Of a DNA stretch of 64,000 bases, positions 38,497 through 48,644 are shown piece by piece. Below the pieces are notes generated by a model. It had not been told where the DNA came from, ran no database searches, and saw nothing but the letters and a program-made list of their open reading frames with translations. This DNA comes from an uncultured Verrucomicrobiae bacterium (GTDB taxonomy: Bacteria; Verrucomicrobiota; Verrucomicrobiia; Chthoniobacterales; JAFAMB01), in assembly GCA_963762565.1 (NCBI GenBank), contig CAVXLD010000003.1:544001-608000 (forward strand), in the 5' to 3' direction. Numbering within the stretch: the first letter of the stretch is position 1; the number at the start of each line of letters is the position of its first letter. The translations under genes and the position numbers were made by a program.

Positions 38497-39501
38497 ATGG
38501 CTAACGGTTTCAATTTGGCAATAGCGGGCGCTACCGGTGCGGTTGGCGTTGAATTTATTAAGTTGCTCGAAGAAGGAGACCTTCCTGTCAAGAACTTGAA
38601 GCTCCTGGCCTCGGCCAAATCTGCGGGGAAACAGCTCAAGTTTAAGGGAGATTCGCTGACTGTGGAGGAGTTGAAAACTGATTCGTTCGCCGGCGTTGAT
38701 CTGGCGTTCTTCAGCGCAGGCGCCGGCACTTCGAGGGAATTTGCGCCGGCGGCGGTGAAGCAGGGAGCCGTCGTGGTGGATAATTCGTCCGCCTTCCGGA
38801 TGGATTCGGAAGTACCGCTGGTAATTCCGGAGATTAATCCAGACGATGCTGGAGCGCACAAAGGCACGATTGCGGTGCCAAACTGCACGACGATTGTCGC
38901 TTTAATGGCGCTTTATCCGCTCCATAAAGCATTTCACGTCAATCGGGTGGTTGCCACAAGTTTTCAGGCTGTTTCTGGCGCCGGGGCCAAGGCAATTGCC
39001 GAGCTGACGAGTCAGACAGAAGCCTATTTGGCGGATCAACCGGTCAAGCAAAGCGTGTTTCCGCACCCGATTGCGTTCAACGTCTTACCGCAGGTCGACA
39101 TCTTTCTCGAGTCCGGTTACACCAAAGAGGAAGAAAAGTTTCGGAACGAGAGCCGGAAGATTATGCATCATCCGACGTTTCGCGCTTCCATCACCTGTGT
39201 TCGGGTGCCGGTTTACCGATCGCATTCCGTGGCGATAACAGCGGAATTCGCCAAACACGTCTCCGTGGACCATGCACGTGACGTTCTGGCTAAGGCGCCA
39301 GGCATTGCCCTGGTCGACGACCCGGCCCGCTTGGAATACCCGATGCCGATCACTTGTTCAGGCAAAAAGGAGTGTGCCGTGGGCCGTCTGCGCATCGATT
39401 GGGCATTCGAGAACGGGCTAGCATTCTGGACCTGCGGGGACCAGCTCCTGAAAGGAGCTGCCTTTAACGCTTTGCAAATCGCGGAACTGGTGCTGCGTTG
39501 A
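38497..39501 (+). CDS. asd: Aspartate-semialdehyde dehydrogenase
   Basis: GATGAVG, DNSSAFRM, PNCTT and CVRVPV..SH motifs; start at ATG 38497. Confidence 0.97.
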   Translation: MANGFNLAIAGATGAVGVEFIKLLEEGDLPVKNLKLLASAKSAGKQLKFKGDSLTVEELKTDSFAGVDLAFFSAGAGTSREFAPAAVKQGAVVVDNSSAFRMDSEVPLVIPEINPDDAGAHKGTIAVPNCTTIVALMALYPLHKAFHVNRVVATSFQAVSGAGAKAIAELTSQTEAYLADQPVKQSVFPHPIAFNVLPQVDIFLESGYTKEEEKFRNESRKIMHHPTFRASITCVRVPVYRSHSVAITAEFAKHVSVDHARDVLAKAPGIALVDDPARLEYPMPITCSGKKECAVGRLRIDWAFENGLAFWTCGDQLLKGAAFNALQIAELVLR

Positions 39502-39509
39502 GAGGGACT

Positions 39510-39640
39510 GGGGAGGGCGCGCGTCCCCGCGCGCCGCGAGGACGTGCCCACCTAAAAAGTGTCTTTTCATCCTCGAATGCAATACGCGCACGGCTTCGTT
39601 GACAAGGGATCGCGGGGACGCGATCCCCTCCCGGCGATGG
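39510..39640. repeat. GGAG-type REP doublet (copy 1)
   Basis: GGAG-GGCGCGCG/CGCGCGCC unit plus inverted GGATCGCG unit; homologue at 42101-42231. Confidence 0.88.
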
Positions 39641-39760
39641 GCATGCATTCGGTCCACCGAGTCCACGGCGTCTATTAGTTGACATACGTATCTCTCACCT
39701 CATAAGCGACTTACGCCGAGAAAGACGCATTGTCTGGCGCTATACGGCGCATTACGGCAA

Positions 39761-39830
39761 AATCAGGAGAGATCATGAAATATCTTGACGAATCATGCAT
39801 CAAACCGTACTTTGGCGCCCAATCGTGCAT
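39761..39830 (+). promoter_or_regulatory. Sigma70 promoter overlapped by 10-bp-phased direct repeats (probable DeoR operator)
   Basis: TTGACG(39785)-17 bp-TACTTT(39808); nATCnnG units at 39761, 39771, 39781, 39791 and 39821. Confidence 0.65.
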
Positions 39831-40604
39831 GATACAGCAGCTCCCGACCTAGAATTGTTCCCTATCGAGCGCCGGGAACGGATTCTGGAAGCTTTGACCA
39901 ACCATGGCAAAGTGATCGCGGCGGACTTGGCTACTTCATTGCGAGTCTCCGTGGACACAGTGCGTAGAGACCTCAATCAGTTGGTTGCAGAAGGGTTGGC
40001 TCGGCGGGTCCATGGCGGCGCATTGCGCGCTGCTCCGTTTCCGCCGAAAGTCACAGAGCGTTCCGCCCAGCCGTCTTCCCTCAAGCCGGAGCTAGCGCAA
40101 AAGGCTGTGGCGCTGATTCAGTCGAGGAACGTCGTTTTATTCGATGGCGGGAGCACAAACCAGGAACTGATTCGCTCGATCCCACGTGAGCTGCCATTTA
40201 CGGCGGTCACACCAAGCCTTCCGGTGGCGACGGCGCTTTCTGAGCTGCCTTTGGTTGAAGTGATCGTTCTTGGCGGCAGAATTTTGGCCCGGGAACTAGT
40301 GACTACCGGGGTACGAGCCGTCAAAGAAATAAGCGATTTTCGGGCTGACCTTTGCTACCTAGGCGTCTGTGCTGTTCATCGGCATGTGGGGGTTTCAACA
40401 TTTTCGGTGGAAGAGTTAGAACTAAAACAGGCTCTGATCCGTTGTGCAGGCACGGTTGCAGCGGTCATTTCAGCGGAGAAGTTCGGAAAAATGGCGCCTT
40501 TCGTAGTTGGGCCGGCAAGGATCCTTAGCAACGCCTTTGTCGAAGCAGGAGCAGACCCGAAGGAAATTGAGCAGCTCCGAATCGACGGGGTTTGTGTAGT
40601 CTGA
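39825..40604 (+). CDS. DeoR/GlpR family transcriptional regulator
   Basis: ERRERI, VSVDTVRRDL, RVHGGA and FDGGST motifs; start placed at GTG 39825, downstream of the promoter. Confidence 0.93.
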   Translation: MHDTAAPDLELFPIERRERILEALTNHGKVIAADLATSLRVSVDTVRRDLNQLVAEGLARRVHGGALRAAPFPPKVTERSAQPSSLKPELAQKAVALIQSRNVVLFDGGSTNQELIRSIPRELPFTAVTPSLPVATALSELPLVEVIVLGGRILARELVTTGVRAVKEISDFRADLCYLGVCAVHRHVGVSTFSVEELELKQALIRCAGTVAAVISAEKFGKMAPFVVGPARILSNAFVEAGADPKEIEQLRIDGVCVV

Positions 40605-40610
40605 GAACTG

Positions 40611-40900
40611 GTGTCCTGTCCCATAAATAGCGTGGCTTTCGTTGCGATCAAAATGGGCCGCCGGCAAGGCGGTCCGAGCTGGACTGGCGGTAGAGGGCGC
40701 ATATCTAGATTGATACGTAACCGACGAGCAACGCAGCCGCCGGCCCATTTTCATCGCAACCCTCCGGGCCGTGGCCAATTGGCTGTTTTTCCGCGCTGCT
40801 CGCTCGACCCTTATGAACCAGATATGGGCGCTTCGCTCGCGCCTTGAAAAACAGCCAACTGGCCGACGGCGAAAGCCACGTTATTTATGGGACAGGACAC
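40611..40900. mobile_element. 290-bp MITE with 31-bp terminal inverted repeats
   Basis: GTGTCCTGTCCCATAAATAGCGTGGCTTTCG / CGAAAGCCACGTTATTTATGGGACAGGACAC (1 mismatch); flanks TG and TA; two internal hairpins. Confidence 0.8.
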
Positions 40901-42083
40901 TATAAAGGACTTCTTTTACTTGGACGAACATCGTTCTCTTCGTATCGCGACGATTGCGCTCTTTGTGGCAAATGGGCTGGGTATGTCGAGCTGGATATCC
41001 CATATCCCTCTCTTGAAAGAGCACTTAGGGCTAAATGACCAGATGCTAGGGCTAGCGCTCCTCTGTGCCGGGCTGGGGGCTCTGGCCACGATGTGGATCA
41101 GCGGCTGGCTGATGTCCAAGTATGGCTCCCGCAAGATCGCGATTCTGGCAGGAATCGTTTTCCCGATCTCCCTTATCGGGCCTGGGATCGCCACGAACTT
41201 TTGGTCCTTGGCAGGTTCATTGTTGTTCCTGGGAGCCGGTAATGGGTTGATGGACATCGCGATGAACAGCCAGGCTGCATCCTACGAGAGCCTGATCAGG
41301 AAGCCGGTAATGTCGTCCTTTCACGCCTTTTGGAGCTTAAGCTGCTGGTGTGGTTCGTTGTGTGGCAGCCTGTTTCTGGCGGCTCCAGCTTGGACTTGGG
41401 CGCATTTGCCATTGATTGCCGTGCTCGGCGTTTCTCTAACCCTATTCGCGCGCGGTGGCTTGCTCCGAACGGGAGCTGGGGCCGGCGGTGGGTCCGTTTT
41501 AAGTTTTCCGAGGGGGATCCTAGCGGTTTTCGGATTACTATGCCTGCTCGTGATGATGACCGAAGGAGCGGTGGCGGATTGGGCCGGCGTTCATCTTCGA
41601 ACGAGTTATCATGTCAGCGAATACATGACGGTATTCGGGTACAATGCGTTCGCACTGTTTATGACGATTGGCAGATTCGCCGGCGACACTCTGGCGAGGA
41701 GTTTTGGACGCAAGACCGTGATCGTAGGGAGTGCCGCGGTCTCGGCGATCTGCCTCGGTATCGCCTCTTTTGCACCGACGCCGTGGGTAAGCATCGGCGC
41801 CTTTGGTTTAGCGGGTTTCGGAATCGCTAACCTGGTGCCCTTGCTTTTCTCGTTAGCTGCCAAACGGGCTGGCGGGGAGATCGAGCAAGCAACGTCATCG
41901 GTTTTTGCTACCGGTTACCTGGGGTTCTTGATCGGTCCGCCTTTGGTTGGCTTCATCTCGAGCAGGACAAGTCTTCCGATCGCTCTTTTGTCATTGGCTG
42001 GAGGCCTTTTTGTTGTGGCCTCGACGGTATTGCGCCTCAATGGGACCAGGGAAGAGGAGTCTGGAGCCAGGATCCAGGGGTGA
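40887..42083 (+). CDS. MFS transporter
   Basis: About 12 TM segments; G.LMSKYGSR, DIAMN, FHAFWS and EGAVADW motifs. Confidence 0.93.
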   Translation: MGQDTIKDFFYLDEHRSLRIATIALFVANGLGMSSWISHIPLLKEHLGLNDQMLGLALLCAGLGALATMWISGWLMSKYGSRKIAILAGIVFPISLIGPGIATNFWSLAGSLLFLGAGNGLMDIAMNSQAASYESLIRKPVMSSFHAFWSLSCWCGSLCGSLFLAAPAWTWAHLPLIAVLGVSLTLFARGGLLRTGAGAGGGSVLSFPRGILAVFGLLCLLVMMTEGAVADWAGVHLRTSYHVSEYMTVFGYNAFALFMTIGRFAGDTLARSFGRKTVIVGSAAVSAICLGIASFAPTPWVSIGAFGLAGFGIANLVPLLFSLAAKRAGGEIEQATSSVFATGYLGFLIGPPLVGFISSRTSLPIALLSLAGGLFVVASTVLRLNGTREEESGARIQG

Positions 42084-42100
42084 GTGAGTAGGTGAGCAGA

Positions 42101-42231
42101 GGGGAGGGCGCGCGTCCCCGCGCGCCGCGAAGACGTGCCAGAACCCCCCTGGGGGTATTTTCCTCATTGATCACAATACGCCGGGCTTCGGTGACAACGG
42201 ATCGCGAGGACGCGATCCCTCCCGGGCGATG
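42101..42231. repeat. GGAG-type REP doublet (copy 2)
   Basis: Alignable with 39510-39640 through the spacer. Confidence 0.88.
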
Positions 42232-42261
42232 AGTCTGCACACAATCTGAGAACGAACCGCC

Positions 42262-44196
42262 TCACCGCGCGTGCGGAGCAATGATAGCGCCTAGCAGATC
42301 CGCCTGGCCCTCGGTTCGCTCCAGATGCGGATAACGCAGGCCGCCGTGGTAATCGATGTGCACCGTCTCGAAATAGTCCGAGTTGGTGACGATCAACTCG
42401 ATCGGGGCAGATTCTGACTTAGTTGCGTCTTTGATTGCTCCGCGTAGGCGGTCCACGGAATATGCACGCGAATTCACTGCTACGACTTTCATACTCGGGG
42501 CCAATTTAGCGATGTCGGCCGGGCTATTGGCAGCGACATCAGTGATGGTGCCGTCTTCGTCCAAGAGCAGACCGATCGACAAGAGTTCGTTGCAACGTTT
42601 CTTCTCTCTCGCGGCCACGTCCATGGGAAGGTTTCTCTTGTCTGAATAGACTAGTTTCCAGCCGGCAGCGGTGATTCCGTTTAGCGGGGCGTGTGGCGAC
42701 GTGGAGTTCAGGCGAGTCAGCCAGAATTTCTGCCAATCATAGGGAGCTACCGAATTGAGCGTCTGGATTACATCATCAAACGTGTACGTTTTTAGCATCG
42801 GGGGACCGCTCTGGCCGCCATGGAAAGCATGGCAAAAATCATCGAGGGAGCGTTGACCATTCGTTTGCTGCCGGATGATCGTATCTGCTTCCAGCCATAG
42901 CAGCACTCCTTCCGGATAAAAATCGACCGCGCGACGCCGGTTTTCCCATTCGTCCGGCGCGGCATAAAGACGCGATGCATCGTCGGCGGTATCCTGGAGA
43001 TTACGCCATTGCCGTCCGCTTGTGGTGTCCATTGCAGCTGCGTAGAATGCCAGCCAGTCTCTGCTTAACTCAGGGGAACGTAGACCAGAGCGGGCGGTTA
43101 GAACAAAACTGCCAAGATATTCGGTTGCTCCTTCGTACACCCATAGCAAATCGTCTCGCATCGGCTGCTGGAAATCCGGGGTGGCTAGGTCGGCCGGACG
43201 GCGGTATTTGCCATTCCAAGAGTGAACGAACTCGTGCGGCAAAAGGTCAGAAGCGGCATCTAACTGGTCTTTGTCCGTGAAGTAATCTTCGGGGGCCGCA
43301 TTCAAGCTGGACTCGTGATGTTCGATTCCGTCGTGGAAGGTCTGGTCGCTCAGGGAAACGAGGAAGTGATAATGTTCGTAGTGGGTGGCGGAGAAAAGTG
43401 CGCCGGCTTCTGTCACCAGGCGTTTGTATTCGGCAATCTTCGCATCCGGGAGTTCCAACGCCTCCCTACTGTCCGCCACGATATCCATTTCGTTGGTGGG
43501 CGCCGTGGTAATGAGTTCGACATGGCGATAATAGAGCCCGGCAACGAGCGGCGAATCGGCTAGCGTGGTCAAAGATACCGGGCGGAATCGCACCGGATTC
43601 CCGTTCTCGAGAATCGGCAGGGCAGTGCCGAATTGCCAGTGTTCCGGCAACCTCAATTCTGCCTGGAAGGTGAGATCGCTGGTCTTGAAACCTGCCGGAT
43701 AAACAAGCAACTCATACCAGTTGATCATCGCCAGCTTGGCGGACGCAGACGCCTCCGTGGAGAATGCACCGGGTTCGACTGGGATTGCAAAATCGAGAGA
43801 GACCTCTATATGCGTGGCTCCTGCTGGCACCTCGCAATGGAATGCGTACAGATCGACCAGATCGCGTCTCCAGGGGATTGGCTGACCGTTTACGGTAAAC
43901 TTCATACCAACGACGCCGTCGATCGGACCGGTGGGCGCATGTTCGCCAGGGATCCATTTGGGATAATACAGAGTGAGGGGACCTGGTGTGACCGGTATGC
44001 TGAGATGTGAGTGCAGTAGCTTTCGGGCTGCGACGTCGGTCGCATCAACCTGTAGCGAAATTGGTTCCGGGGGAGTGCTGCTGGGAGCAGGTGTTTGTGC
44101 CGCTAACCGGATCGTCGGGATCGTGAGGGAAAAGAGAAGGACCAAACTGATGCCTCGCATGCCGTGCCTTATTCCCTGCGTTGAGTTGGTCGTCAA
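42262..44196 (-). CDS. M61 glycyl aminopeptidase with PDZ domain, secreted
   Basis: PKWIPG, GIEH, HEFVHSW and LWVYEG motifs; C-terminal PDZ; start uncertain. Confidence 0.93.
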   Translation of the reverse strand: MTTNSTQGIRHGMRGISLVLLFSLTIPTIRLAAQTPAPSSTPPEPISLQVDATDVAARKLLHSHLSIPVTPGPLTLYYPKWIPGEHAPTGPIDGVVGMKFTVNGQPIPWRRDLVDLYAFHCEVPAGATHIEVSLDFAIPVEPGAFSTEASASAKLAMINWYELLVYPAGFKTSDLTFQAELRLPEHWQFGTALPILENGNPVRFRPVSLTTLADSPLVAGLYYRHVELITTAPTNEMDIVADSREALELPDAKIAEYKRLVTEAGALFSATHYEHYHFLVSLSDQTFHDGIEHHESSLNAAPEDYFTDKDQLDAASDLLPHEFVHSWNGKYRRPADLATPDFQQPMRDDLLWVYEGATEYLGSFVLTARSGLRSPELSRDWLAFYAAAMDTTSGRQWRNLQDTADDASRLYAAPDEWENRRRAVDFYPEGVLLWLEADTIIRQQTNGQRSLDDFCHAFHGGQSGPPMLKTYTFDDVIQTLNSVAPYDWQKFWLTRLNSTSPHAPLNGITAAGWKLVYSDKRNLPMDVAAREKKRCNELLSIGLLLDEDGTITDVAANSPADIAKLAPSMKVVAVNSRAYSVDRLRGAIKDATKSESAPIELIVTNSDYFETVHIDYHGGLRYPHLERTEGQADLLGAIIAPHAR

Positions 44197-44240
44197 CGGC
44201 GGTAGGGCGAAAACCTCGGCGCCATGAAGGATGCGCCAGC

Positions 44241-44481
44241 TTGGTGGGGCGAGGCTCCGGAACGGCCGAGAAAATCGAACAGGGCGACTTGGCTTGCCTC
44301 AACTAAGGGTAGGCATGGACCAAAACGCGGCCGAGCCGGGACCAACGATTTGCCACGTCCTCGACGGCGCCAGACGCTGGGCCCGGCTCGGCAGCGAATC
44401 GGCCTTGTTCACCGGCACCGATACGCACCCGATTTTACTCCGTTCGACTTTCGTGGCCGTGCCGGAGCCTCGCCCCACCAA
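44241..44481. repeat. GTGG-type palindromic element
   Basis: TTGGTGGGGCGAGGCTCCGG / CCGGAGCCTCGCCCCACCAA plus inner GCCGAGCCGGG IR. Confidence 0.85.
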
Positions 44482-44487
44482 AATTCC

Positions 44488-46512
44488 CTATCGCGAGGCG
44501 GTCTTTGGACTCGACTGGCTTAAATGCTGGTCCAGGAATTTTTCCATCGCGCTATAAAAATCGAATTGGTTCTCCTGGTTGCTGAACCCATGGCCTTCAT
44601 TTTGCTTGACCATGTACTCGATGGTAATCCCTCGTTTTCGCAGCGCGGCTACAATCTGGTTCGACTCGTCGATGTTGACTCTGGGATCGTTTGCTCCCTG
44701 GGCTACGAACAGTGGTTTCTGAATCTTGTCGGCGTTAAGAGCGGGGGAATGATCTGTCAGCCAAGTCCGATCTTTTTCTGGGTCCCCGATCATGGCGTGC
44801 ATCATATCGAGTTCTGGTTTCCAATAGGGCGGAATCGTATCCAAGAAGTTCAAGAGGTTAGAAACTCCGACGTAATCAACCCCGGCAGCGTAGAGGTCGG
44901 GTTCTTTCACCAGGGCCTCCAGTACGGCATAGCCACCGTAGCTTGCGCCGTAGATCGCAATCCGGGTCGGATCGGCGATCCCTTGTTGGATCAGCCACTT
45001 CGTACCGTCGGTGATATCGTCCTGCATTGAGCCTCCCCATTGTTTGAAGCTCAATTCCCAAAATTTCCTGCCGTACCCAGTCGACCCCCGATAATTCGGT
45101 TGGAACACGGCGTAACCTCGGTTTGCGAGAAATTGCACCTCAGGGTTAAAGCCCCATTCGTCTCGGGCCCATGGTCCGCCATGCGGGTTAACGATCACTG
45201 GCAGATGTTTTGGGTCGCGGCCTTTGGGCAAAGTTAAGTAGCCATGAATTGTGACCCCATCGCGTGTTTGATATTCGACGGGCTTAATTTCCGCCATCTG
45301 ATTCTCTTTTATCCATGGCCCAAGGTCACTCAACTTTCGCAGATCCCCGGTGCCGACGTTGAAGAGATAATAGGAACCCAACGTCCGGTCGCTGCTGGTG
45401 CGCACCACGAAGTTTTGTTCGTCTCGGTCCGCGCTCACTCGAGCTACTTCGTAGCCCGGCAATTGGTCGCGCAGCTTCTGGTAAGCAGCTTCAGTTTGTG
45501 GGTCCAAAAACGCGATTTCTGCTTTCCAATCGTCATAAGTGACGAAGGTCAACACCTTCCGCTTTTTCGAGTAGCCGATGTGAGAGACATCGACCTCGGG
45601 ATTCTCGTAGATGATCCGGACCTCTTTGCCTGACTCCGGGTCGAACTCTACGGCTGCGGCTTTGTCGCGGCCGATATTCGAGACGCCATAGAGATTCTTA
45701 TTATCGAAAGTGAAACATTCTGGATCGAAGGTTTCTCGAAAATTCGTGGTTAGAACCGTTTTCCAGGGGTCCTGTTCTGTCTTGCGATAGAGTAAGCTGG
45801 TATTGACGCCGTCCGTGGTGGTGGCGGCACGAATCTGACCCTGCCAGTCCGTGATCCAAGCATTGATGTTTCCGGGATTCTGCGCCACTAATTGCGATTT
45901 GCCGGTTAGAACGTCCAACCGGTAGGCGTCAAACACCTCTTTGTCTCTCTGATTTGTCTGGATCAGGACATGAGTCGGATCGTCCTCTAAATCGTCGATA
46001 ACGGACACCTTTACCCCCGGAAACGGGGTTAGATCACGCGGTTCACCGCCCGTGCGCGAGACGGCAAAAAGATGGTAATTTTCGTCTCCGCCGTTGTCCT
46101 TCTCGAACAGAATTGTGTCGTTACCTTTCCAGGATACCCCAGCGAGGTCGCGATCAGTCACATCCGTCAGGCGTTTGGCTTCACCTCCGGCTGCGCTCTG
46201 AAGCCAAACATTTAAACGGTTTTGCCACGGCGCCAGAAACGCCAAATTTTTGCCGTCATCAGATAGGGTATATCCGGCGGCCTGTGGGTTACGAAAGAAG
46301 TCCTGAAGCGGGAGCTTCGGAGGAACGCTGTCCTCGGCCGCTAGGGCCGCCGTTGTGAGAAGTGAGAGGTGAGAGGTGAGAAGTGAGAGGTAACGGGCGA
46401 GGCGTGAAAAGTGAAAGGTGAAAGGTGAAAAGTGAAAGGGAAACCGTCCTGGGGCGCGGTTTCGTTGAGGGCGGGCAAGCCCAGTGGAGTCGCTGCGGTT
46501 CGTTGAAGGCAT
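44488..46512 (-). CDS. S9 family (prolyl oligopeptidase/acylaminoacyl) peptidase
   Basis: HGGPW, GASYGG, DPRV and EGHG triad; start placed at ATG 46512. Confidence 0.95.
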   Translation of the reverse strand: MPSTNRSDSTGLARPQRNRAPGRFPFHFSPFTFHFSRLARYLSLLTSHLSLLTTAALAAEDSVPPKLPLQDFFRNPQAAGYTLSDDGKNLAFLAPWQNRLNVWLQSAAGGEAKRLTDVTDRDLAGVSWKGNDTILFEKDNGGDENYHLFAVSRTGGEPRDLTPFPGVKVSVIDDLEDDPTHVLIQTNQRDKEVFDAYRLDVLTGKSQLVAQNPGNINAWITDWQGQIRAATTTDGVNTSLLYRKTEQDPWKTVLTTNFRETFDPECFTFDNKNLYGVSNIGRDKAAAVEFDPESGKEVRIIYENPEVDVSHIGYSKKRKVLTFVTYDDWKAEIAFLDPQTEAAYQKLRDQLPGYEVARVSADRDEQNFVVRTSSDRTLGSYYLFNVGTGDLRKLSDLGPWIKENQMAEIKPVEYQTRDGVTIHGYLTLPKGRDPKHLPVIVNPHGGPWARDEWGFNPEVQFLANRGYAVFQPNYRGSTGYGRKFWELSFKQWGGSMQDDITDGTKWLIQQGIADPTRIAIYGASYGGYAVLEALVKEPDLYAAGVDYVGVSNLLNFLDTIPPYWKPELDMMHAMIGDPEKDRTWLTDHSPALNADKIQKPLFVAQGANDPRVNIDESNQIVAALRKRGITIEYMVKQNEGHGFSNQENQFDFYSAMEKFLDQHLSQSSPKTASR

Positions 46513-46663
46513 TGTTGGCGTTAAGAAATGTGAAAGAACATCCATTTTGACAGATAGAGATACGAAATATTCGAGAAAAGGTTCTAGACCAGGTGGCTCG
46601 CATAAGTCCCATGTGTCCCATAGGTCCCATCCGCACCACTCGACTGACATTGAGAACAGCCAA

Positions 46664-48556
46664 TCAACTCTTTGCTGCCTCGGGTCTAAGGTGTTCCGCT
46701 AAAAACTTCTCCATCGCGGTATAGAAATCGAAGCGGTTTTCTTCGTTTAGGAAGCCGTGACCCTCGTTGTCTTTGACCATGTATTCCACCTGAACGCCGC
46801 GTTTTCGCAGTGCTTCCACGATCTGGTTTGACTCGTTGATGTTGACTCGAGGGTCTTTAGCGCCTTGGGCTACAAAGAGCGGAGTCTCGATCCGATCAGC
46901 GTTCAGAGCGGGCGAATGTTCCTGGAACCAAGCCTTGTCTTTGTCCGGGTCACCAAGCATCTCATAGATCATATCAAGCATGGGTTTCCAGTAGGGTGGG
47001 ATGGTCTTTAGGAAAGTGAACAGGTTCGAGACACCGACATAATCAACGCCGGCTGCGAAAAGTCGGGGTTCTTTGACCAAGCCTTCAAGCACGGCATATC
47101 CTCCGTAGCTTCCTCCATAAATCGCAACCCGCTTCGGATCCGCGATTCCCTGCTTAATCAGCCAATTCACCCCATCGGTGATATCATCCTGCATTTTGCC
47201 GCCCCATTCTTTAAATCCGAGTTCCCAGAATTTGCGACCGTACCCAACGGAGCCGCGGAAGTTCATCTGCAGAACCGCATATCCTCGGTTAGCCAGAAAT
47301 TGCACCTCGGGATTAAACATCCAGCTGTCGCGAACCCACGGTCCGCCGTGCGGGTTGACCACCACCGGTAGGTTCTTCGGTTCCCTGCCGTTAGGTAGCG
47401 TCAGATAGCCATGAACCGTAAGTCCGTCCCGCGCCTGGTAATCGATCGGCTTCATCTCACAAAGGTCATTCTCGTGCAGCCATGGCGCCCTATCGGCGAG
47501 CTTCGTCAATTCTTTCGAGGCCCCGTCATACAGATAAAAGGCGCCCATCGAACGATCATTCATAGTGCGCACCACGAACACATTCTCGTCGTCGTTTCCC
47601 GAGATAATGAAGACTTCATAACCCGGCAGCTTTTGTTTGAGATCTTCAAAGCGCTCCTCCGATTGGGCGTCGAAGCAATGACGTTCGGTGCGCCAAGTGG
47701 TGTAAGTGGCCTCAGTTAAAACTTTACGTTTCCGGGAAAAGGCGAGCGACGAGATATCGACATCCTGGTGCTCAAAGATCAGTTTGGTTTCTTTGCCCGT
47801 CGCAGGATCCAGTTCGACGGCTGCAGCTTTGTCCCGCCCGATATTCGAGGTGCCATACAGGCGCTGATCATCAAAAGTGAAAAACGCCGGCGTGAACGCC
47901 TCTTTGAAGCTTGTAGTGAGAACGGGTTTCCAAGGATCGCCTTCAGACTTTCGGAATAGCAGGCTGGTGTTAACCCCGTCAGTGGTACTGGCGGCACGGA
48001 TGTTGCCATCGTGATCGGTGATCCAGTCGGAGATATTTCCCGGGTTTTCTGCAGCCAACTGCAGATCACCGGTCTCGACGTTGAGACGGTAAGCGTCAAA
48101 GATCTCTTTGTTGCGCCGGTTCAGGCCGATGATCACCTCTTTCGGGTTCAAAGGCAGATCGTCGATCATACGAGTCTGTATGCTCTCGAACGGAGTTAGA
48201 TCGCGTACACTTTTCCCATCGCGGTCTGCTGCGTAGAGGTGATAGTTCTCGTCTCCGCCAGAATCGCGGATAAACAGGATATACTGGTCGGTCTTCCAAA
48301 AATAGGCCGTGATGTCGCGGTCGGTCACACCGGTTACTCTCTGCGGTTCGCCGCCTTTTCGAGGTTGGATCCAAACGTTCAGGCGGTTCTCGTAAGGGCG
48401 TAGGAACGCGGTATAATCGCCGGACGGCGAGACTTGATAAAAAGTCGTTGTGGGATTGCGAAAGAAATCGCGTAGAGGAATCAAAGGGGCGGGTTCAGCG
48501 GACGCGAGCGAGCTAGTAGACATGCTAATGGAAATGGCGATAAGCTGCTTGTTCAT
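46664..48556 (-). CDS. S9 family peptidase, tandem paralogue
   Basis: HGGPW, GGSYGG, DPRV and EGHG; start at 48556 or 48523. Confidence 0.95.
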   Translation of the reverse strand: MNKQLIAISISMSTSSLASAEPAPLIPLRDFFRNPTTTFYQVSPSGDYTAFLRPYENRLNVWIQPRKGGEPQRVTGVTDRDITAYFWKTDQYILFIRDSGGDENYHLYAADRDGKSVRDLTPFESIQTRMIDDLPLNPKEVIIGLNRRNKEIFDAYRLNVETGDLQLAAENPGNISDWITDHDGNIRAASTTDGVNTSLLFRKSEGDPWKPVLTTSFKEAFTPAFFTFDDQRLYGTSNIGRDKAAAVELDPATGKETKLIFEHQDVDISSLAFSRKRKVLTEATYTTWRTERHCFDAQSEERFEDLKQKLPGYEVFIISGNDDENVFVVRTMNDRSMGAFYLYDGASKELTKLADRAPWLHENDLCEMKPIDYQARDGLTVHGYLTLPNGREPKNLPVVVNPHGGPWVRDSWMFNPEVQFLANRGYAVLQMNFRGSVGYGRKFWELGFKEWGGKMQDDITDGVNWLIKQGIADPKRVAIYGGSYGGYAVLEGLVKEPRLFAAGVDYVGVSNLFTFLKTIPPYWKPMLDMIYEMLGDPDKDKAWFQEHSPALNADRIETPLFVAQGAKDPRVNINESNQIVEALRKRGVQVEYMVKDNEGHGFLNEENRFDFYTAMEKFLAEHLRPEAAKS

Positions 48557-48644
48557 ACTGTAGGACGCGGCCCAGCGGGCCGATCCGCGTGAGTTAGGAA
48601 TGAAGACCGACAGAAGAACCCACGCAAGTGGTCGTTGGAAATAC

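Noticed and set aside
44224..44557. Overlapping short ORFs
   Set aside because: They are translations of a GC-rich palindromic repeat.
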